Shown here one piece after another: positions 56,765 through 64,000 of a stretch of 64,000 nucleotides of DNA. The stretch is from Candidatus Bathyarchaeota archaeon (GTDB lineage: Archaea; Thermoproteota; Bathyarchaeia; 40CM-2-53-6). The notes beneath the pieces are model-generated. The model was not told the DNA's origin. It saw only the letters and a program-made list of their open reading frames with translations, and ran no database searches. The stretch lies in the NCBI GenBank assembly GCA_963733055.1, contig CAVTBR010000001.1, positions 1,088,001 through 1,152,000 on the forward strand, written 5' to 3'. The translations under genes and the position numbers were made by a program. How positions within the stretch are numbered: the stretch's first letter is position 1; each line of letters begins with the position of its first letter.

Positions 56765-58570
56765 TTGAAACATGTAGTCAAATTGACAACCATTGTTTTG
56801 ATACTGCTATCTCTGATGGTTTCGATCAAAACGCAAGACGTTATGGGGGCTGGCGCGCCTGATTTCACATTGCCAGTTGTGGGTCCCAACGGGCTCACCG
56901 GTCAAACCGTAACTCTCTCATCGTTTCGGGATAAGGTGGTCCTTTTGGAGTTCATGGAACCTTGGTGCCCACACTGCCAGAACATGGCTCCGATCATCGA
57001 ACAGTTGAACGGCCAGTACGGAAGCGACGTAGTTTTCATCTCGGTTTCAGGCCCATGGAACGGCGCGACTGCCGATGGCACTGCCAAGTTCATATTGAGT
57101 TATGGTTCTACGTGGACGTACGTTTACGATTCATCTGGTACGGTATTCAGCGGCTACGGTGTCAATTCAACCCCCACATTCTACGTGATCGGAACCGATG
57201 GGTCCATTGCAAACACGTTCACGGGCGAACAATCGTACGAGGCTTTGGCGGCGAGTTTGACCTCGGCTCTACGCCCTAATCAAATTACTGTAGCAACCTC
57301 CACGACCGCGACAACTAACAGCCCTCAACCTCAAACCACGACCTCATCGCAAAACGTAACTCTAGTTGTTCCCCCACGGTATGAGTATTACTTCGGGTTT
57401 GATATGAATCCGGGTGATACCGCGATCTTTTCTTTTTCGGTATCGTCATGGCGTGGATCAGACGATGTTGGCTTTACGATAATTAGTTCAACTGGGACTG
57501 CTCTTCAAGCTGGAGGCACCGTTAGCAAATACTCGGGTAACCATACAGCACTGTTCCCGGGTAGATATTATCTCAGATTCGACAATAGCTATTCCATTTT
57601 CACGACCAAGACCATTTCGCTCTCTTACGCGATAATTCCTCCGACTGTAAGGATTGAAGAATACTGGTGGAATGGAAACACGATCACAGGTTACATTAGA
57701 AACTATGACACGTCGACCATCTACACGAACAATGCACAGGTATCGTTGAGTGGAGAGACTGTCGGAAGCCTCGAAGGCGCTTGTGGTCAGGCGCCTGTTG
57801 GTCCCGGTGAGAGCTGCGCCTTCTCAATTGAAGTTCCCAACGGTACTTGGACAATGGGAACCCCGTACATGCTCAAACTCGCGACTCCTAGCCACGACTA
57901 CTACTTTCCTGTAGTGGCTGGTGAAAATTCCGCGAGCGGAATCCAACCACAACCAAATCTCGTAACGTTCCAAACTGTGAGCGCTCAATCAATGACCCCA
58001 CAATCCGGGAACCAGACAATATTCTACGCAGACTATTTCGTGAGGAACGCATATGAGATGATCGGAGTAATCGCAGGCGGGGTTCTGCTAATCGCGGCTA
58101 TTGCCGGACTGGGAGCAATCTCTGTTGCTACCAGCAACATTGAGAAGAAACTCTACGAAGAACGAAGAACGAGAACTAGGGACCAACGAAGATATGTTCC
58201 GCTCTTGATAATGGTTAGCTTAGCTGCGCTCGGCATCATAATCCTCTCCATTGTTCTGCCATCACTCACAAGTTTTGACTTTGTCTCAAGAATCCCGTAT
58301 CTGCTTCCAGGAGTCTTGGTGCTAGTCCTAATCGCTTCAGTCGTCGCTCTGCTTGGACTGACAACTTCGATTCTTCGCGGGCGAAGGAGAAACCTGGGTG
58401 GTCTGGAAAGGAGTGAGGTAGAGCCGACCATCTCAATGGAGCCGCGCAAACCCGATCAGACCCCAATTCAACCTCAACAAGTTGAGAGGAGATGCCGTTA
58501 CTGCGGCGCGGAGGTAAACCCGGACAGGGTAACTTGCGACAAATGTCGGATGCCCGCAGGTTACCTTTAG
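56765..58570 (+). CDS. Membrane protein: TlpA-like thioredoxin + GOLD-like + pilin-like head + 3 TM + zinc ribbon
   Basis: APDFTL..WCPHC..TPT; GRYYLRFDNSYS..K; YWW..YIRN..GTPYMLKLAT; CRYCG..CDKCRMPAGYL; start probably TTG 56765. Confidence 0.82.
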   Translation: MKHVVKLTTIVLILLSLMVSIKTQDVMGAGAPDFTLPVVGPNGLTGQTVTLSSFRDKVVLLEFMEPWCPHCQNMAPIIEQLNGQYGSDVVFISVSGPWNGATADGTAKFILSYGSTWTYVYDSSGTVFSGYGVNSTPTFYVIGTDGSIANTFTGEQSYEALAASLTSALRPNQITVATSTTATTNSPQPQTTTSSQNVTLVVPPRYEYYFGFDMNPGDTAIFSFSVSSWRGSDDVGFTIISSTGTALQAGGTVSKYSGNHTALFPGRYYLRFDNSYSIFTTKTISLSYAIIPPTVRIEEYWWNGNTITGYIRNYDTSTIYTNNAQVSLSGETVGSLEGACGQAPVGPGESCAFSIEVPNGTWTMGTPYMLKLATPSHDYYFPVVAGENSASGIQPQPNLVTFQTVSAQSMTPQSGNQTIFYADYFVRNAYEMIGVIAGGVLLIAAIAGLGAISVATSNIEKKLYEERRTRTRDQRRYVPLLIMVSLAALGIIILSIVLPSLTSFDFVSRIPYLLPGVLVLVLIASVVALLGLTTSILRGRRRNLGGLERSEVEPTISMEPRKPDQTPIQPQQVERRCRYCGAEVNPDRVTCDKCRMPAGYL

Positions 58571-58798
58571 GCACACTAACGGTAGACTTCGAATCCGCTT
58601 GAGAAGAGAAAAGGAGCGGCAGACTCTCGATTCAACGCTCCGGTATGGGCGAGTCTGAGATTTACATAGGAAATGGCAAGGTTTTCCATGATTTCTGCTT
58701 AGGAATCCCTTAGCAGGGGCTAATGGAAATTTATTTGTTTTTGTCAATTCGCTCTAGGCATTTATAGGGTCACTTCAGGCAACAAATCTCGATCCACC

Positions 58799-59218
58799 TT
58801 GCATCCAAACGAGCTTGATGAGATATTACAACGATCCTCCGAGAAGTCGGAACCATTGACCTTCAACGCTAAGACTCTGGATGAGTTGGTTTGGGAATCA
58901 CTTGATGAGGTCCTGAATGGGCTTATCGGAAAGAAACCTACCGAAGCCATCTATGACCGATTGGAAAGGCACTTCTCAATTGCAAGGGACGACATTCCAC
59001 AAAATACGGAAACCCTCTTTGGCCTGGTGAAAGAGCTTTTCGGACAGAAGGGTAGCATGGTCATCTCTCGGTGCATCGCGAAACGGGTCTTCGAAAACCT
59101 CGGCTGGGAATTCACACAGGTTGAAGGGTTCGGGTTTTCGGATTACGTTGAAATGGCGAGGTCTCGCATCGCAAGAGAGCTGGCTCAAAAAGCAAGAACC
59201 CCTGTCGAAGAAAGGTAA
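58799..59218 (+). CDS. DUF3227/NitrOD5-like protein
   Basis: ESLDEVL..LIG..EAIY..LE..DDIP..LFG.KG..VI..CIA. Confidence 0.75.
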   Translation: MHPNELDEILQRSSEKSEPLTFNAKTLDELVWESLDEVLNGLIGKKPTEAIYDRLERHFSIARDDIPQNTETLFGLVKELFGQKGSMVISRCIAKRVFENLGWEFTQVEGFGFSDYVEMARSRIARELAQKARTPVEER

Positions 59219-59228
59219 CATCCTCACG

Positions 59229-59978
59229 TTATCCTCTAGTAAGGGTTGAAATCAACCAGACAAGAAAGATCAGCGTGCCGACAACTACGCCAAGTCCTGC
59301 AATTAATGGCGCTAGGGACCCTCTCGGCGTAGAGGAAAAGCCTATGACGGCACCGGTCTCCGCGTCAAGTTGAAGCTGAAACTGTTTCGATCGAGACAAG
59401 GAGGAGGAACGGTGCGAGCCGCGAATCTCCCACATTCGCCTTAACTGGTTGAGAGTAACCTCGTTCAAAAACACTTGCGGTGATCTGCTCACTCTCGCAA
59501 CATAAGTCCTAGCAATCTCTTCAGCTCCTTCCGCCGATTTCACATAGCCAACAAATGTTAGTGGTGGTGTGAACTCTCTGATAAGAGTGGGGAGGGATCC
59601 GTTCAATGTCTGCAGAGCCTCGTGAAAGCGTGAAGCCGTAGTGCATACTGCGAGAAATCTGGTTTCACCTATTTCGGCAAAAATCACGCCTCCGTTTGCA
59701 TAGAGAAACCCGACAAGCTCCAATACGCTCGAGTTCTTGTTGAATTCGGTTGCAGCACCGAGAATAACTAGGGGAGTCAGTGCTCCGCTTTTGAGCGATT
59801 CATCGATCTCAAAGGCCACCTCCTCGCTACCGGCCTTCACAGCTTCCTCGACCACAACGAGTTTGCCGTCTCTTTCCTCGAGCGTGAAGACTTTCAGAAT
59901 GCTCGGGTGAAGAACAAGAATCTCGTCAGTTAACCTCACCGAATATGGCCCGGGGTGTTCTTGGTGCAATGCGGCCAT
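59229..59978 (-). CDS. Profilin/roadblock-like + PepSY-like domain protein with C-terminal TM
   Basis: N-terminus resembles the 22108 protein; AEEIA..W..LDAETGAVIG; tail anchor. Confidence 0.55.
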   Translation of the reverse strand: MAALHQEHPGPYSVRLTDEILVLHPSILKVFTLEERDGKLVVVEEAVKAGSEEVAFEIDESLKSGALTPLVILGAATEFNKNSSVLELVGFLYANGGVIFAEIGETRFLAVCTTASRFHEALQTLNGSLPTLIREFTPPLTFVGYVKSAEGAEEIARTYVARVSRSPQVFLNEVTLNQLRRMWEIRGSHRSSSLSRSKQFQLQLDAETGAVIGFSSTPRGSLAPLIAGLGVVVGTLIFLVWLISTLTRG

Positions 59979-60152
59979 GAAATGGAGAAGATGCAGGGCT
60001 TTTATCTGTTTCCAGCCAAGGCTGGGCCCCGATTTTGAGGCCCTGAGAACCGCCGTCCAGGAGTTCTGACCCTTGAATCCGAATTTTGCTGGTCCCTAGT
60101 TTCAAAAATCTTGGCTGCTACAGATAATCTGCACTCGAGGTGTTGCCTTCGC

Positions 60153-61457
60153 TCAGCCCACGCCTTTCGGCATTTCACGCAATCTCCCGACTGGGCCGAA
60201 GCGTATCATGAACGCGGCTAAGAGCGCGATCAGTGCACCGGCCGTCATTGCGGTAAGAATTCCGTATTGTGCCCCTATTATTCCTCCGATCAGCGCGCCG
60301 AGGGTCGCAGCACCATACCCAAATGTTCTCATGGTCGCGTTCATCCTCCCCTGAAGCTTGTCAGCGACAAGCATTTGGCGGAAGCTCACCTGATTGATGT
60401 TGTAGATTGGCAGTCCAATATTTGCTATTAACCAGAGCGAAGCCAAAAGAACTGCCGCCGGCCCATACATCGCCGCCTGAACCGCAAGCAGCCCTAGCCC
60501 GTTGATCACGAGAGCCGCTGTGAGCGATGATCCGAGGCCCATAAATTTGAGGAGTCTTGGGGCGGTTACTGCGCCGACTACGACGCCTATGCTTCCTACG
60601 CCGAGCGTGATACCGGCTATCACAGGGGTCATCTTCAGCTGATCGTAAATGAAGAGGTAGAAGACCGCGTAGAACATGGTGTTACCGATATTGAGGATTG
60701 AGGTGGATGCTACAAGGTTGCGCAACGTCGGGGTTTTCGCGACTACCCTCACGCCGTCCTTGAGTTCCCCCCAGAAGTGGCGCTCCATGGAGGGTGGTGT
60801 GGGCGGTTCAGGTTTCTTTATCGAAAGTATTGCGACTGCCGCGAACAAGGTGCCTAGCGCGTCCACCGCGATTGAGGGTGCCGCGCCAAGGATTTGAATT
60901 AGTCCTCCGGCAATCGGTGGGCCGACAACGGTCGCAGCCGAGAAGCTGGTTTCTAGCTTCGAGTTTCCCTCCACGAGGTCCTCCCTGGCGATCAGGGTTG
61001 GTAGGTAAGCCGTGTAAGCTACGTTGAAGAAAACTATGGTTACGCTCATGACCAGTGTTACGATGAAAAGCTGGTAGAGGCTTAGAATGCGGAGAAAGAA
61101 GGCTGCGGGAATGGACGCGAGTGCAATGACCTGGATTATGTTTGCCCAGATTAGCACGGGTCTGCGTCGCCACCTGTCGACCATGACTCCCGCGAAAAGC
61201 CCCAGGACGGGATAACCAACGTTATTGAACGCGTTCAAGAGCCCCATCTCGAGGGGGCCGGCGTTGAAGATCAGGATCGCTATAGTAGGCACGGCCAGGC
61301 TTGTAATTGAGTCACTAACCCACTCAACCGTCTCTCCCCCCCATAATCGAACGAAGTCCCCATGCCTCCATAACTTCCCCACAATGCTTCCCCCATTCCG
61401 CGAGGCTGTTCTCTTCGAATGTAGATGCCTCAGAAGATAAGATAGTGGAATTAGCAC
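60153..61457 (-). CDS. MFS transporter (MFS_3/DHA3-like)
   Basis: GVMVDRWRRR motif, GNSKLE, LQGRMNA; about 12 TMs. Confidence 0.92.
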   Translation of the reverse strand: MLIPLSYLLRHLHSKRTASRNGGSIVGKLWRHGDFVRLWGGETVEWVSDSITSLAVPTIAILIFNAGPLEMGLLNAFNNVGYPVLGLFAGVMVDRWRRRPVLIWANIIQVIALASIPAAFFLRILSLYQLFIVTLVMSVTIVFFNVAYTAYLPTLIAREDLVEGNSKLETSFSAATVVGPPIAGGLIQILGAAPSIAVDALGTLFAAVAILSIKKPEPPTPPSMERHFWGELKDGVRVVAKTPTLRNLVASTSILNIGNTMFYAVFYLFIYDQLKMTPVIAGITLGVGSIGVVVGAVTAPRLLKFMGLGSSLTAALVINGLGLLAVQAAMYGPAAVLLASLWLIANIGLPIYNINQVSFRQMLVADKLQGRMNATMRTFGYGAATLGALIGGIIGAQYGILTAMTAGALIALLAAFMIRFGPVGRLREMPKGVG

Positions 61458-61780
61458 GGGCTTGGAATAACGTCACATTCTTCGGTAGGGCGCAATTGCG
61501 CGGTACTCCTGTGGGTTAATCTTGAAAACTTAACCACGATCGCACTGTTCAGTTATTAGCCCAGAAAGGTGGTATCCTGGCACGTAGGGTTGAAGAGGAC
61601 TTAATCCTTAACCGTTAATTCGTTGACCCTCTAGAGCTAACCGACATGCCGTTTCAATTCCTGTTGACAAACCATGCGTCTTTCGGGGTTCTGAGGGGTG
61701 AGTTTCTGTTACCTTGGTTGCCGCTACCCAGTTACAGTATGGCTATGCATAGCGGAGTGTTACATAAGTCGTGAATCGCC

Positions 61781-62335
61781 TTGACAGACGTCAAAACTAT
61801 GCTTGATGAAGTAGAGCAGACCGTTAAGCCAGAGGTTGAAGGTGCAGACCAATTTCCAACAGGTTTGGATAGGCTCACCAAGAAGACTGTGAAAGTGCTT
61901 CGGCTGCTGTGCGAAAGCGGCAACCCAACGACGGTCCTCGCCTCCAGTATTACCCAACGTGACCTGGCAAGGAAGCTGCATGTGACGCGGCAAGCACTCA
62001 GCATACACATAACGAGGCTGGCCGATGCAGGGTTGATTCAGGCCGGCCGGGGTTTCGTTAATGTCACCGAGAGCGGGTTGAAAGCGACGGGGTATCACTA
62101 TAACCCTGCAATATTGATGGTGCGTGTTGCGCCGCAGCACCAGCGTGAGGCCTTTGAGAAGATTAAGGGGATCCGGGCTTTTGAAATATTTCGAGTTGCA
62201 GGCGACGCGGACTTTACCCTCGTTGTGGACCAGCGAGACCTGGACAAGGTGTTGCAGGAGTTGTACGCGATACAAGGAATCGTTGAGACAAGATCACTGA
62301 TAGCAACTGAAACCGTCAGACAAACGCCACACTAA
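61781..62335 (+). CDS. Lrp/AsnC-like regulator (wHTH + RAM domain)
   Basis: TQRDLARKLHVTRQALS; FRVAGDADF..I.GIVETRS. Confidence 0.85.
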   Translation: MTDVKTMLDEVEQTVKPEVEGADQFPTGLDRLTKKTVKVLRLLCESGNPTTVLASSITQRDLARKLHVTRQALSIHITRLADAGLIQAGRGFVNVTESGLKATGYHYNPAILMVRVAPQHQREAFEKIKGIRAFEIFRVAGDADFTLVVDQRDLDKVLQELYAIQGIVETRSLIATETVRQTPH

Positions 62336-62702
62336 GAAAACCCGCCTTTTACTCGAACTAAAACGCAGCAATAGTGCTTCGGTTAATCTCCGGTACCGGT
62401 AGTTCCTTTACCCACTCTACTTGTCACCGCCCTAAGTCTTTGATCACGCAAGCAAAAGCCATGCGAGCATCTAGCTTGCAGTCATGAACGGCAGGTATAT
62501 TTTTGTGTTTTGCAAGTGTTTCATATATACGCGTAAAGATGTCAATTGCGCTGGCTTAGCCGAAAATTACCTGACCGATTTATTTACAAGTTTTGTACAT
62601 AAGTTTGGTAAGGAAAGAGGAAGAAATTGGACATGTGTGAACACTGCGACGCAATTAGACAAGTGCTGACGGAACTCACTCGTAACTTGGCTGGCTTCGA
62701 CG

Positions 62703-63740
62703 ATGGCTGAGGTTGGGCCCAGGAACCTACTCGAGGTTTCGAGGCTCACGGGAATTCCGTTCACAACCATCTATCACCGGATTTCTAAAATTGAATCGAA
62801 GGCGGGGAAGCTGGTTACTCTCATATCCAATGTTGCTAAGCTGGGTATGGTTAGGTTGGTGGTTTTAGTTGCCTCGAAGCCTGGCTTGGAGGACATCGTG
62901 ACCCAGGCGTTGAGGATTCCCAACTATTGGAGAGTTATTGAACGGTGCGAGGGGGCGTTCACGCATCATTCGATTCAAACCGTACCCGTGAAGTTTCTGA
63001 AGACATTCAGGGAGTACATTTCAACCATGTACGCCATGAACCTAATCAAGAGCTTCAGAATCATCCAAACTTCCGACTCATGCTCGATCTTTGCTGACTT
63101 CTCAAGCTACAATTCAGCTTCGGGCGAATGGACTTTTCATTGGGACCAATGGTTGCACGAGCTAACAATGAGCACGCCACGAAGTACAATTCAAGACCCG
63201 AGAGGCGAACAGGTGAGAGTCGCAAAGGTTGATGTGGAAATCATCTCGGAACTTGAGATAAACGGACGCATGAACTTTGCCGAGATCGCCAAGAGAATCA
63301 ATACCTCACCACAGGCCGTCAAGTATCATTACGACAATAAACTAGTCCCTGGCGGGCTGGTGGAACAGTTCCACTTCGCTGTTGCACCATACCCTGTAGA
63401 GCTATCCGCCTACCATGAATTCATGCTCGAATTCCCCAATAGCATTACTATGAATCGCTTCTTCTCATTGTCCAAGAGGCTGTTCTTCGTGGACCACGTT
63501 TCGAAGGCGCTTCGTAAGACTACTCTCATCGTAAGGACGCGAATGATCAACTCGCAGGTCGAGAGTATGTTCGCGTTCTTCTCAGAAATGGTGAATGTGG
63601 GACTCCTCACGTCCTACTCTGCCGTAAGGTTGAACTTGAACAGCAGGTTGCATCAAACCATTTCCTGTGAATTATTCGACGATCCCGAAGGATGGCAATG
63701 GGACGTCTACAACGTCCTTCTGCAACTTAACAAACTCTGA
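62703..63740 (+). CDS. Tandem (duplicated) Lrp/AsnC-type HTH protein
   Basis: Two HTHs, EVSRLTGIPFTTIYHRI and DVEIISELEINGR..EIAKRI..VKYHY. Confidence 0.8.
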   Translation: MAEVGPRNLLEVSRLTGIPFTTIYHRISKIESKAGKLVTLISNVAKLGMVRLVVLVASKPGLEDIVTQALRIPNYWRVIERCEGAFTHHSIQTVPVKFLKTFREYISTMYAMNLIKSFRIIQTSDSCSIFADFSSYNSASGEWTFHWDQWLHELTMSTPRSTIQDPRGEQVRVAKVDVEIISELEINGRMNFAEIAKRINTSPQAVKYHYDNKLVPGGLVEQFHFAVAPYPVELSAYHEFMLEFPNSITMNRFFSLSKRLFFVDHVSKALRKTTLIVRTRMINSQVESMFAFFSEMVNVGLLTSYSAVRLNLNSRLHQTISCELFDDPEGWQWDVYNVLLQLNKL

Positions 63741-63814
63741 CAGAGTCGTTTCGAATATCGGCAAACAGCCCTAATGGTGCGCGGCCGAGAGAATCGACGG
63801 ACGAAAGAGCCGCC

Positions 63815-64000
63815 TCAATTAGTCGATGTCGGCGTTATCAGTTCTTGTGTTACAGGTGTTTTCGTGGTCAGGTCGAAGGCGTAGATCCGTTTTGAGGCTC
63901 TTTGCGGGTAGGCGAATTCTACTCGCTTTACTGTTTTTCCGATCATCCCTTCAAGGATGCCTGATGCTGTTTCGGCGGAGAAGACGCAGTCTAAGAGAAA
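63815..64000 (-). CDS. 3' end of a gene truncated by the window edge
   Basis: Open 62-codon frame FLLDCVFSAE..ITPTSTN*. Confidence 0.5.
   Translation of the reverse strand, partial: FLLDCVFSAETASGILEGMIGKTVKRVEFAYPQRASKRIYAFDLTTKTPVTQELITPTSTN

Noticed and set aside
3018-63610. Numerous antisense or nested ORFs of 60-200 aa in the track
   Set aside because: Shadows of well-supported genes on the other strand or frame
1-64000. CRISPR array, rRNA, intact tRNA, transposase or integrase
   Set aside because: No repeat-spacer periodicity, no full cloverleaf, and no recognisable transposase or integrase motifs were seen

Overview
Archaeal chromosomal window, probably TACK superphylum and Bathyarchaeia-like. 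This placement is inferred from the thermosome, the TackOD1- and DUF3227-like domains, the class III signal peptides and the frequent TTG/GTG starts. 1-21 kb: an atypical TFS paralog, a full trpEGDCFBA operon with a structured and duplicated upstream region, family-5 UDG, thermosome, amino-acid catabolic genes, HicAB and nucleotidyltransferase toxin-antitoxin (TA) pairs, and a decayed tRNA 3' end. 22.9-59.9 kb: a surface-structure and signalling region. It holds a five-gene operon (Zn-rich TackOD1-like/degenerate Mrr-like protein, HerA-like ATPase, KaiC-like ATPase, a second TackOD1-like protein, a pilin) that converges on a type IV pilus locus (ATPase, TadB/TadC, membrane methyltransferase, pilins, three paralogous giant pilin-like adhesins, prepilin peptidase). 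It also holds two tandem membrane proteins with internal pilin-like domains and near-identical Zn-ribbon tails, and stand-alone output-domain proteins. The best candidate for an undescribed system is the TackOD1-HerA-KaiC-TackOD1-pilin operon. A second candidate is a Trp-codon uORF with a CUU-UGG +1 slip site in front of a trpE that lacks a canonical start. Several genes carry small indels, mostly at homopolymers, so assembly error is a real caveat. All family calls are from motif recognition by eye; no searches were run.
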